A stretch of DNA of 64,000 nt, taken from NCBI GenBank assembly GCA_964483315.1, contig CAZAAL010000002.1:8689-72688 (forward strand), given 5' to 3'. Of the stretch, positions 17,170 through 26,201 are shown one piece after another. Numbering within the stretch: the first letter of the stretch is position 1; every line of letters begins with the position of its first letter. This stretch comes from an uncultured Candidatus Saccharibacteria bacterium (GTDB taxonomy: Bacteria; Patescibacteriota; Saccharimonadia; Saccharimonadales; UBA10212). The notes under the pieces were generated by a model. The model searched no databases. It was not told the origin of the DNA and saw nothing but the letters and a program-made list of their open reading frames with translations. A program made the position numbers and the translations under genes.

Positions 17170-17764
17170 TAGCTACTCCCATCAAAAACACGATTGTAAA
17201 TATAAAAATCCAAACAATATCCAAAAAGTGCCAGAACATACTAAACATCATTAAGCGCTTACTGATTGGCGATTTAAGGCCATATTTAGTAATTTGGAAA
17301 AACAAAACCGCTAGCCAAATTAGTCCTGCGCTTATATGCAGACCGTGAGTGCCAACTAATGTAAAAAAAGCCGATAAAAATCCACTTGCTCGCCAACTGT
17401 GCCCTTCGTTGTAAAGACTAGTAAATTCATTAATCTCCATGCCCAAAAAAACCAACCCAAGCATAAATGTAATCAGTAGCCACTTTAAAACGGCCTTTTT
17501 ATCTTTGATTCTTAAACTGAGCATTGCCAGACCAGCAGTGAAGCTACTGGTAAGTAGCACCAATGTCTCGACAAGAACATAAGGCATGCTAAATAAATCA
17601 CTAGCACCAGGGCCACCAAACGTGTTATTTCTTAAAACTATAAAAGTAGCAAACAAACTGGCAAAAACCAAACAGTCGGTCATTAAATACAGCCAAAAAC
17701 CTAAAATCGTTTTTGAATCATTTTCTTGCTCTGAATTTTCAGCCAATAGCTCGTTACTAGCCAT
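17162..17764 (-). CDS. cyoC: Quinol oxidase subunit III
   Basis: Heme-copper oxidase subunit III pattern (FWLYLMTDCLVFA, HGLHISAG, FWHFLDIVWIFIFT). I prefer the ATG at 17764, 1 nt after the cyoB stop. Confidence 0.85.
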   Translation of the reverse strand: MASNELLAENSEQENDSKTILGFWLYLMTDCLVFASLFATFIVLRNNTFGGPGASDLFSMPYVLVETLVLLTSSFTAGLAMLSLRIKDKKAVLKWLLITFMLGLVFLGMEINEFTSLYNEGHSWRASGFLSAFFTLVGTHGLHISAGLIWLAVLFFQITKYGLKSPISKRLMMFSMFWHFLDIVWIFIFTIVFLMGVANV

Positions 17765-17765
17765 A

Positions 17766-19721
17766 TTAGACACCCTTACTTTCAAGTTTTTTTATCTGAG
17801 CTTTAGTTACTGTATATTCTGTATCGAGTGAGTTTGCTCTTATAATTATTGTGGCGATAATTCCAAAAAGACCAATAATCGCTAGCCACCAAATGTGCCA
17901 AATTATCGCAAAGCAGCAAATAAAACCAAATGAGGCAGTGATTAGACCAGCCGGTGTGTTTTTAGGTAGTTTAAACGATTGGTATTCAGCATCGGCTTTG
18001 GGTTTTTTAGATTGTTTTTGAGCCCAAAATGCATCTTTTGAGTTAACCGGTGCAAGGGTAGCAAAGTTATAAAAAGGCGGTGGTGAGCTTGTTGACCATT
18101 CTAGTGTTCGGCCATTCCATGGGTCGCCACTTAAATCAAGGTTGTCTTTTCTTTTATAAACACTGTATCCCAATTGAGCAACCTGGAGTGCTACGCCGAC
18201 GCCAATTAACATAACGCCAATTGCAGACACAATGAATAGTTCTTGCCAACCAAGGGAAGAGTCATAAGTGTTTAAACGACGTGTTGCACCCATTATTCCC
18301 AAGATGTACAACGGGCCAAATGCCAGGATAAAGCCAATTAGCCAGTTCCAAAAAGCGTATTTGCCAAGTCGCTCATTGAGTTTAAAACCAAAAATTTTGG
18401 GGAACCAATAGATTAATCCGGCAAAATAACCAAACACTACGCCACCAATAATCATGTTGTGAAAATGTGCAACTAAGAACAAGCTATTGTGTACCTGAAA
18501 ATCGATAGCCGGAATAGCCAAAAGAACCCCAGTCATACCACCAATAGCGAAAGTTGTCACAAATCCCATAAACCATAGCATTGGCGTCGAAAATTTAATA
18601 CGACCCTTATACATTGTAAATAACCAGTTAAAGACTTTTACACCTGTTGGTATGGCAATAATCATAGTCATTATTCCGAAGAAGGCGTTGACATTGGCAC
18701 CGGCGCCCATAGTAAAGAAGTGATGTGCCCAAACCAAGTAAGAAAGCACAGTGATTGCAATTATTGCCCATACCATAGACTTATATCCAAATAAACTTTT
18801 TCGCGAAAAAGTCGCAACTACTTCTGAAAAAATTCCGAACGCTGGTAAAATTAGAACGTAAACTTCGGGGTGCCCCCAGGCCCAAATAAGATTTATATAC
18901 ATCATCGGGTTACCGCCAAAATCGGCAGTGAAAAAGTGCATTCCAAGTGCTCTGTCTAATGCCAAAAGCGTCAGGGTTGCTGTTAGAACTGGGAAAGCGA
19001 ATACCACTAGCGTCATACTACCTAATACGCTCCACACAAAAACAGGCATTTTCATTAAGTTCATGCCCGGGCGACGCATTTTTAGTATAGTGATTATAAA
19101 ATTAATTCCTGCTAGCAAGCTACCAATACCAGCTATTTGCAATGACCAAATCCAGTAGTCAACTCCAACGCCTGGGCTAAACTTAATGCCAGAAAGCGGT
19201 GGATAAGCAAGCCACCCGGCTGCCGCGAATTCGCCAATTACTAGAGATAGGTTTGCTAACATTGCGCCAGATACGAACAGCCAAAAACTTAATGAGTTTA
19301 AAAAAGGAAAAGCTACATCGCGTGAGCCAATTTGTAATGGCACAATCCAGTTTATTAATCCAAACATCAGCCCCATTGCCACAAAGAAAATCATAATTGT
19401 TCCATGGGCTGTAAAAATTTGTTGATAATGATCTGCTTGCAAAAAACCATCGTTTCCTGAAGCTACCGCTTGCTGAGCTCTAATCATGAGAGCATCGGAA
19501 AATCCCCTCAGAAGCATAACTAGTGCTACGACTATATACATCACACCAATTTTTTTTGGGTCTTGAGTGGTTAGCCACTCTTTATATAGCCACTTCCATT
19601 TTTTAAAATAAGTTAGTAGTGCAAGGACTAATAACCCTGAAAGACCCATCATAATTGCACCGCCCATCACAATTGGGTCGTGAGGCAAGGCGTCAGGTGT
19701 TAATCTTCCTAGTAAGTTCAA
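17766..19721 (-). CDS. cyoB: Quinol oxidase subunit I (heme-copper oxidase)
   Basis: [20 protein letters not shown] and [11 protein letters not shown] are the His ligand regions. The protein is 651 aa. Confidence 0.9.
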   Translation of the reverse strand: MNLLGRLTPDALPHDPIVMGGAIMMGLSGLLVLALLTYFKKWKWLYKEWLTTQDPKKIGVMYIVVALVMLLRGFSDALMIRAQQAVASGNDGFLQADHYQQIFTAHGTIMIFFVAMGLMFGLINWIVPLQIGSRDVAFPFLNSLSFWLFVSGAMLANLSLVIGEFAAAGWLAYPPLSGIKFSPGVGVDYWIWSLQIAGIGSLLAGINFIITILKMRRPGMNLMKMPVFVWSVLGSMTLVVFAFPVLTATLTLLALDRALGMHFFTADFGGNPMMYINLIWAWGHPEVYVLILPAFGIFSEVVATFSRKSLFGYKSMVWAIIAITVLSYLVWAHHFFTMGAGANVNAFFGIMTMIIAIPTGVKVFNWLFTMYKGRIKFSTPMLWFMGFVTTFAIGGMTGVLLAIPAIDFQVHNSLFLVAHFHNMIIGGVVFGYFAGLIYWFPKIFGFKLNERLGKYAFWNWLIGFILAFGPLYILGIMGATRRLNTYDSSLGWQELFIVSAIGVMLIGVGVALQVAQLGYSVYKRKDNLDLSGDPWNGRTLEWSTSSPPPFYNFATLAPVNSKDAFWAQKQSKKPKADAEYQSFKLPKNTPAGLITASFGFICCFAIIWHIWWLAIIGLFGIIATIIIRANSLDTEYTVTKAQIKKLESKGV

Positions 19722-19737
19722 CTTTTTAACCTCATAA

Positions 19738-20637
19738 TTATTCCCCGTGCCCCCAGTGTTGTTCTGATGCAGTTGGCATCATGTAATTCATGATTATCTT
19801 ATCATAAAGATGGGCGTCGCTTAGCCTAAAATATGATACCGAATTATTTGAGGAAGGCTGTGCTAGTTGGGTATAACTTTTTTCGTCTAAATTGTTGCGC
19901 TCGAGTTTAGCTTTAGTCGTCCATTGCAAAAATTCAACTTCATTTGAAGCTCTTATTACAAAGTCCATTCCGGCAAAACCCTCGCCACTTAGGTTGGCTG
20001 AGACACCTCTATAGTCTCCGACCTCGTCGGCTTGTAAATTAAGCTTTGTGCTCATACCGGGCATAGCATATATTTGGCCACCAAGCTGGGGTACCCAGAA
20101 TGAATTCATTGGAGCATCGGATGTTATAGTAAAGCTGACAGGTCTATCCTTAGGTATTTGTGCAAAGTTTACAGATGCAATTTTTTGTTCGGGGTATATA
20201 AAAAGCCATTTATACTGAAGGGCCACAACTTGAATCTCTAGTGTTTTACTAGATGAATCTAATGGCTTAAATGGATCTAGAGCATGGCTGGATTGGTAGG
20301 TGGCTATACCTAGAATAAAAATAATCACAAAGGGTATTGCCCACCAAGTTAGTTCGACTTTAGTATCGGAATCCCACTTTGGTTCGTAGGTGCTTTTTTT
20401 CCCTTCGCGGTATTTATAGGCAAACCAAAAGGCCATTATATAAACAGGTATTATCACTAACAGCATAATTCCGGTGGCAAACAGCAATAGATTTTTTTGC
20501 GCTAGTGCTATTGGGCCAACCGGGCTTAAAACTGCAAAAACATTGTCACTTATCAAGTAATAGAAGGATGCCAAGAACAGGATAATCGCACCAGCAATTG
20601 CTAGGTATTTGGGGGTGTTATCCTTTTTCTTTGCCAT
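19738..20637 (-). CDS. cyoA: Quinol oxidase subunit II (no CuA site)
   Basis: [18 protein letters not shown] and [14 protein letters not shown]. Ser occupies the positions where CuA cysteines would be, as in quinol oxidases. Confidence 0.85.
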   Translation of the reverse strand: MAKKKDNTPKYLAIAGAIILFLASFYYLISDNVFAVLSPVGPIALAQKNLLLFATGIMLLVIIPVYIMAFWFAYKYREGKKSTYEPKWDSDTKVELTWWAIPFVIIFILGIATYQSSHALDPFKPLDSSSKTLEIQVVALQYKWLFIYPEQKIASVNFAQIPKDRPVSFTITSDAPMNSFWVPQLGGQIYAMPGMSTKLNLQADEVGDYRGVSANLSGEGFAGMDFVIRASNEVEFLQWTTKAKLERNNLDEKSYTQLAQPSSNNSVSYFRLSDAHLYDKIIMNYMMPTASEQHWGHGE

Positions 20638-20700
20638 ATATTAAAACCGCCGCCTAAAAAGCATATACGTTATTAATATAGCACTTTTTGCTAGTAATTT

Positions 20701-20973
20701 TTAAAACTTCGAGGTTGTAGACGAAGATTCTATGGTTTCTTGGATACTATCTATAAAATCTTGTAATAGTGGCACATTTTCAAAAAAGCCAAGTATCCAT
20801 AAAAGTAGTGCGATAAGTACAGTACCACCTAAAAATATTCCAAAACCTGTCGCTAAGCCTTTTAAAAAGGAATAAAACATCATTTGACCTTTGCTTACAT
20901 AGCCAAGTTGATGAATATCAACAACCATTTGACCAATTTCTCTTAGCTCTTTGTCTGTAAATTTCTTTGCCAT
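20701..20973 (-). CDS. Small membrane protein (DUF5665-like)
   Basis: 90 aa. FYSFLKGLATGFGIFLGGTVLIALLLWILG resembles the DUF5665 pattern. This is a weak call. Confidence 0.4.
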   Translation of the reverse strand: MAKKFTDKELREIGQMVVDIHQLGYVSKGQMMFYSFLKGLATGFGIFLGGTVLIALLLWILGFFENVPLLQDFIDSIQETIESSSTTSKF

Positions 20974-21018
20974 AATTTTACTGCTTATAGCTTACAGGGT
21001 TTAAGCATAAAAATAAAA

Positions 21019-21429
21019 TCACGAATTACAATTTGCGCAAGTGCCTGTAATTTCGAGCTGGTGATCTGCGGGTGTAAAGCCATTATTTTTGGCAACCGAG
21101 TTAATTCGCTGTTCAAGCACTTGATCGCTCGGTAGGGGAATAATCAAACCACAATTTTTACAATTAAGATGATGGTGGTGCTCGTGAAACAAATCAGTAA
21201 GTTCTATTTTATATTTCCAGCCAATATTTATTTTGTGAACTATCCCTAACTGTTCAAAAAGTAATATTGTACGGTAAACGCTAGCTCTGTCGATAGTATC
21301 AGCTTTTTTGACAATCTCAGACATTGTTTGAGGCTCACTACCTTTTAACACCATAAATACAACTCGACGGGCTTTTGTTAATGAGTAGCCTGAATGTCTT
21401 AATGAATCATGTAAAACACCTATGTCCAT
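21019..21429 (-). CDS. Fur-family metalloregulator (Fur/Zur/PerR type)
   Basis: The winged helix is ASVYRTILLFEQLGIV. It has an HHHH run, CKNCG and a C-terminal CANC, which together form the structural Zn site. Confidence 0.8.
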   Translation of the reverse strand: MDIGVLHDSLRHSGYSLTKARRVVFMVLKGSEPQTMSEIVKKADTIDRASVYRTILLFEQLGIVHKINIGWKYKIELTDLFHEHHHHLNCKNCGLIIPLPSDQVLEQRINSVAKNNGFTPADHQLEITGTCANCNS

Positions 21430-21446
21430 ACAGCCAGTATAACGAA

Positions 21447-21463
21447 TTGCGACAATGTTGCAA
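21447..21463. promoter_or_regulatory. Imperfect palindrome TTGCGACAATGTTGCAA, candidate operator
   Basis: 14 of 17 positions are self-complementary. It lies 18 nt upstream of the Fur-family start, in the divergent region shared with rmuC. Confidence 0.25.
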
Positions 21464-21512
21464 AACGATATACCTTTATTTTCTTAAGACTTGACTGATA
21501 CAATACATAGAT

Positions 21513-22577
21513 ATGGAAATTGCACTAGGGGTTTTAGGTATAAGCGTATTGGTTTTAATTGGCCTAGTAGTGTTTTTACTAGTTAAAAGACCTAGCTCAT
21601 CAGATCAGTCAAATATAATGATAAAAAGTGATATAACCGAACTGAATAAATCTGTTAATCAGTTAAAAGACGGATTGCAAAGTCAGCTAAACCAACAGCT
21701 TGGCGCAAGCAACAAGCAGATGGCTCAACAATTTGCATCTAGCGCAAAAATTATCAAGGATGTAACAGAACGACTTACAAAGTTAGATGAAACAAATAGA
21801 CAAGTTGTTAACGTTGCCGACGAGCTTAAGTCGCTCCAAAATGTACTTCAAAACCCTAAACAGCGTGGGGTATTAGGGGAGTTTTATCTAGAACAGATTC
21901 TTCAAAACCTTTTACCGCCGAGTGCCTACGAGCTACAGTATAAGTTATCCGAAGGCACAGTTGTTGATGCCGTCATCAAGCTAGACGATAAGCTCCTGCC
22001 AATCGATAGTAAATTTTCTTTAGAAAATTACAACCGACTTGTTGAAGAAAAATCAGCCGAAAAAAGAGTAATCCTAGAAAAGCAATTCAAAGAAGATCTA
22101 AAAAAACGTATTGATGAAACAGCCAAATACATTCAACCCAGAAAGGGTACGCTCGAACAAGCGTTAATGTTTATACCAAGTGAGGCAATTTTTTATGACC
22201 TTTTGGCTAACAAAGTTGGAACTGGCGGGGTCAATGGCAGGGATTTAATGCAATATGCCGCAATTGATAAAAAAGTTACTATCGTAGGGCCGAGTACCAT
22301 TTCGGCAATGTTGCAAGTAATCGTTCAGGGCTTACGCTCCATTGAAATCCAAAAAGATACTGAAATTATTCGTAAAAATGTAGAACAGTTGACTCGCCAC
22401 TTAGTAAACTATGACGGATATTTTAAACGATTAGGTAATTCGCTTGGTACGACAGTTGGTCATTATAATAACGCCTCAAAAGAACTTGGAAAAATCGATA
22501 AAGACATAGTAAAAATTGCTGGCAGTGAGCCAGTTATTGAAAACCTAGTCCTAGATAAACCCCATAATGACGACTAA
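21513..22577 (+). CDS. rmuC: DNA recombination protein RmuC
   Basis: N-terminal TM segment, a long coiled coil, then the RmuC core (NPKQRGVLGEFYLEQIL, AVIKLDDKLLPIDSKF, MFIPSEAIFYDL). Confidence 0.8.
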   Translation: MEIALGVLGISVLVLIGLVVFLLVKRPSSSDQSNIMIKSDITELNKSVNQLKDGLQSQLNQQLGASNKQMAQQFASSAKIIKDVTERLTKLDETNRQVVNVADELKSLQNVLQNPKQRGVLGEFYLEQILQNLLPPSAYELQYKLSEGTVVDAVIKLDDKLLPIDSKFSLENYNRLVEEKSAEKRVILEKQFKEDLKKRIDETAKYIQPRKGTLEQALMFIPSEAIFYDLLANKVGTGGVNGRDLMQYAAIDKKVTIVGPSTISAMLQVIVQGLRSIEIQKDTEIIRKNVEQLTRHLVNYDGYFKRLGNSLGTTVGHYNNASKELGKIDKDIVKIAGSEPVIENLVLDKPHNDD

Positions 22578-23896
22578 TTATCATTGAGTAAATCAATCAA
22601 TAAAGCAGGTGTCCAACTAAAGCCTTCAGCCCCTTCTGGCTCACCATTTTTAGGATTAAAGTACTCATAAAAGCTGGATTTTTCAATTAACTTAAGTGTT
22701 CTATTTTTTAGCTCCTGGGCTTCGCTTTCATAACCGTATCGCTTAAGTCCGTCAATAATCAACCAGTTGATATTAATCCAAGAAGGCCCCTGCCAATACT
22801 TAATTGGATTGAAATACTTAGAGTGTGCAGGTACGCTCGGCAAAGGGAACTTTAACCAATAACTAGCTGGATTTTTTAATTCTAAAACAATATCTTTGGC
22901 ACGTTCTTGGGTTATGCTACCGCTATATAGGCTAAGCAGGTGAGCAACTGAGGACTGCTTAATTAGCAAGTTGTTAGGGTAGCTCTTTGAAAAGTACTCT
23001 GCGCGAGATGCATCCCAAAGCTCATCAAGTGATTCGCTTGAGAGAGTTATTTTTTCTTGCAGGTTTTTAGGTAGTTGCCTGCCGATATCTTTAGCGATTT
23101 TTTCAAGGATTTGGTTTGATCTATAAAAAATACAGTTAAATGCCAAGTCATAATTTATTAACTTAGGATTTGCTAGTATTTTGTTTATATCGTAATTTTT
23201 GCGCCTCAATTTTAAAACAGCCATCATGTAGGCTAATGCTTCGAATGTATTCATGCGTTGGCCGGGTGGAATACGTTTGGTATCGCGCCTGAATACGTTG
23301 GCTAAACGTTCAAGCTTAACTGCTTCCATTGCACCAATCCAGCGAGGTATTGCCCCATTATTAAGCGATTCAATCCATGGGGGGCTATTATCCATACCCG
23401 ATTCATAAGGATGTATACATAAAACTAGGCCTAAATTTTGCGGATCTCGTTCTTTATAAAGCCACTTATGATATTTAACAAGAGCCGGGTAGACACTCTG
23501 ATACCACGAACGTTTTTCGCCCGACGACATTACCTGACCAATTCTAAAAACCGCTTCAGCAATCAAAGGCGGTTGGGTCACACCGCTTGTTGATATATCT
23601 GATGGCGCAAAAGGGCTAACGTGGCTACGCCAAAACTGCCTTTCAGTTCGAAAATGAGGAGCGGAGTTGAAAATAATGTTTGGAACCATACCATTTGACC
23701 ACTGCCCCCTGAGCAAGCTTAAAACTTCGGCCTTGGCTCTATCAATATCTTTATGTCTAAGGCCAATTGCTATAAAACAGCTATCCCACAGCCATTGGTG
23801 AGGGTATAAGCCCATAGCCGGAATTGTAAATGCACCCTGATCATTAGTCTCTAAAATATCCCATGCCTTTTGAGTCAAAGCTTCATAGTCACTCAT
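22574..23896 (-). CDS. (alpha/alpha)6-barrel glycoside hydrolase, GH63/MGH1-like
   Basis: MGLYPHQWLWDSCFIAIGL, HPYESGMDNSPPW and WQGPSWININW are characteristic of the MGH1/GDE_C-type hydrolase fold. Confidence 0.6.
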   Translation of the reverse strand: MSDYEALTQKAWDILETNDQGAFTIPAMGLYPHQWLWDSCFIAIGLRHKDIDRAKAEVLSLLRGQWSNGMVPNIIFNSAPHFRTERQFWRSHVSPFAPSDISTSGVTQPPLIAEAVFRIGQVMSSGEKRSWYQSVYPALVKYHKWLYKERDPQNLGLVLCIHPYESGMDNSPPWIESLNNGAIPRWIGAMEAVKLERLANVFRRDTKRIPPGQRMNTFEALAYMMAVLKLRRKNYDINKILANPKLINYDLAFNCIFYRSNQILEKIAKDIGRQLPKNLQEKITLSSESLDELWDASRAEYFSKSYPNNLLIKQSSVAHLLSLYSGSITQERAKDIVLELKNPASYWLKFPLPSVPAHSKYFNPIKYWQGPSWININWLIIDGLKRYGYESEAQELKNRTLKLIEKSSFYEYFNPKNGEPEGAEGFSWTPALLIDLLNDN

Positions 23897-23959
23897 TATG
23901 CTTATGAGTATATCAGCAGGGGGAGGTATTATTAAAAAATATATGTTAAACTTTTACAA

Positions 23960-24625
23960 ATGCAGTATGGACGTAAACAATCAGATCAGTTCTGCTATAA
24001 CAGTTATGTAGAGCTGACCACTGGGGATAAATTAAAAATGTATGAGGGCTTGTCTTTAGAAAACTATCAAGCGGTCCCGCCTTCAACTATTATTTGCAAT
24101 CAAATATGTAGCTATGGTCTTTTTGCTGAGCAAAGTGGGAATTTAATCCAAAAATACTTTGTTACATCAAGGGATTTACAATCGAGAGCAGAGGTTGTTA
24201 AGCGTTCGACTGAAATTTTGGGTCAATTTTTGAGCCAAGAAATTACCAAAGAGTCTGTGGAGGATGCCGAGTTCGAGGACTGGGGTTTTACTCGAGATCT
24301 TATGTGGCATGATGCACAACAAAAAGGCCTAGGCTATCTAGGCGGAGTCGAGGTGTATCAGCTTGAACCGCTTACCCCCTTAAAACTGGGCGTAATATAT
24401 CCGTCGTGTTATATAGACTGGGTGCTGGAAGAGGGCGAAAAGCAAATCAAAAACAGATTAGTTAAACAGTCGATGCAGGGCAGGGACGAAGAATTCTTGC
24501 GGCATCTAAGAGTTAATACACCACATGTGACACGAAAAATTTGTGCAAATGGAGTAATTGATACCCTACTTAGTGTTAGCGTCCAAGAGATACCGGAGCT
24601 AAAGATAATTACCGAAAATTCGTAA
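23960..24625 (+). CDS. Hypothetical protein (221 aa)
   Basis: A long ORF of typical composition. I recognised no motif. Confidence 0.45.
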   Translation: MQYGRKQSDQFCYNSYVELTTGDKLKMYEGLSLENYQAVPPSTIICNQICSYGLFAEQSGNLIQKYFVTSRDLQSRAEVVKRSTEILGQFLSQEITKESVEDAEFEDWGFTRDLMWHDAQQKGLGYLGGVEVYQLEPLTPLKLGVIYPSCYIDWVLEEGEKQIKNRLVKQSMQGRDEEFLRHLRVNTPHVTRKICANGVIDTLLSVSVQEIPELKIITENS

Positions 24626-25106
24626 AGCTAATCGGAAAGTCAAAATCTTGTTGTTTTATAAGTTGCATTACTGATTGAAGCTCATCTTTTTTAGGACTAA
24701 CTATTCTGATTTCTTGACCTTGCACCTGTGCCTTAATTTTCGGGTGTTTATCCCTGACTAACGTAGTAATTTTTTTTGCTTTTTCATGATCGAGACCTTT
24801 TTTAAAAGGAACTTCTTTGTAAGTTTTTAGACTGTTAAGATTAGGCTCTTTAGATGTATCAAGTAATTTTTGACTCTGGCCTCTAGTGGCAAGTTTTTTC
24901 CTGAAAATATCAATAATTGCGTCAATTTGCCAATCGCTGTTCCCACTTATAAGCAGACCTGACTTTTCGTCATTGAGCCATTCAAGTTGGGCAGGGGTAC
25001 CTTTAAAATCATAGCGGTTTGCTATCTCGCGCTGAGCTTGATCAAAAACATTATTTAGCTCGGCCTTATCCCAATCGGAGACAATATCAAAACTGAAATC
25101 AGCCAT
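24609..25106 (-). CDS. yajQ: YajQ-family nucleotide-binding protein (UPF0234)
   Basis: MADFSFDIVSDWDKAELNNVFDQAQREIANRYDFKG is the family's signature N-terminus. I prefer the start at 25106. Confidence 0.8.
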   Translation of the reverse strand: MADFSFDIVSDWDKAELNNVFDQAQREIANRYDFKGTPAQLEWLNDEKSGLLISGNSDWQIDAIIDIFRKKLATRGQSQKLLDTSKEPNLNSLKTYKEVPFKKGLDHEKAKKITTLVRDKHPKIKAQVQGQEIRIVSPKKDELQSVMQLIKQQDFDFPISFTNFR

Positions 25107-25153
25107 AGATGTATTATAAACCAAATTCATATCTGTTATACTTTTAAATAATT

Positions 25154-26191
25154 ATGGCGCAAACGTTTAACGAGGTTGCGAGGGTCGCCGAGACTCTTAA
25201 ACAACGATTTGATGAGCTTGAAGATAAGCGGGCAATATTAAGAGCGGTTGAGTTAAGAGCATTGTATGAGGGTATAAAAAATATTGAGCCTCACGATAGG
25301 GCTGAGTATGGTCAGGCTATAAATCAATTAAAACAAGAGCTTGAGCAAATGGTCGCAGATCACGAAGATTCAAGCTATGAAGTTCAGGCAATCGACGTCA
25401 GTGCACCTTTTGGTGTTAACTTGTCATCTGACGAGCGATTATCAGTAACAACACAAAATCCCGGTAGCTTACATCCATTAATGAAGGAACTCAAAAAACT
25501 AACTGATATTTTAGAATCAATGGGCTTTACGACTATCGAGTCACGTGAGATTGATGACGACTATCATATGTTTACTAGCTTAAATTTTCCAAAGGATCAT
25601 CCAGCCAGATACGATTACGATACATTTATTACTGAAGATGGCTACATTGCTCCGGCGCATACATCCACCATGCAAAACCGTGTCTTAAGGCAGTTTGGTT
25701 CAAATTTGGATAATGGTCAGGCTATAGCCGTAGCTATACCTGGGAGAGTTTTTAGGAACGAAGACCTAGACGCTCGACATGAGCATACTTTTTATCAACT
25801 TGAGGGTGTGTATGTCGATAGAGGTGTAAATGCCGGGCACTTAATATCGACCCTAAAAATTTTTTTAGAATCTTATTACCAACAAGATTTAGAAGTAAAA
25901 ACTCAGCCATTTTACTTCCCTTTTACCGAGCCTAGTTTTGAGTTTGCAATGAGTTGCCCATTTTGTAAAAAAACAGGTTGCCATATTTGTAGCCAAACCG
26001 GCTGGATAGAAATATTGGGTTGCGGGCTGATTCATCCAAATGTCTTAAAAGAAGCCGGAATTGACCCAATAGCTTATAGCGGTTTTGCTTGGGGTGGTGG
26101 CATAGACCGGTTAGTTATGATGAAATACGGTATTGAAGATGTGCGACATTTTCATTCCGGTAATCTTAATTTTTTAAGGCAATTTAAGTAG
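25154..26191 (+). CDS. pheS: Phenylalanine--tRNA ligase alpha subunit
   Basis: FPKDHPARYDYDTF, GRVFRNEDLDARHEHTFYQLEG and FAWGGGIDRLVMMKYGI are class II aaRS motifs. Confidence 0.92.
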   Translation: MAQTFNEVARVAETLKQRFDELEDKRAILRAVELRALYEGIKNIEPHDRAEYGQAINQLKQELEQMVADHEDSSYEVQAIDVSAPFGVNLSSDERLSVTTQNPGSLHPLMKELKKLTDILESMGFTTIESREIDDDYHMFTSLNFPKDHPARYDYDTFITEDGYIAPAHTSTMQNRVLRQFGSNLDNGQAIAVAIPGRVFRNEDLDARHEHTFYQLEGVYVDRGVNAGHLISTLKIFLESYYQQDLEVKTQPFYFPFTEPSFEFAMSCPFCKKTGCHICSQTGWIEILGCGLIHPNVLKEAGIDPIAYSGFAWGGGIDRLVMMKYGIEDVRHFHSGNLNFLRQFK

Positions 26192-26201
26192 GTCCGATAT
26201 C

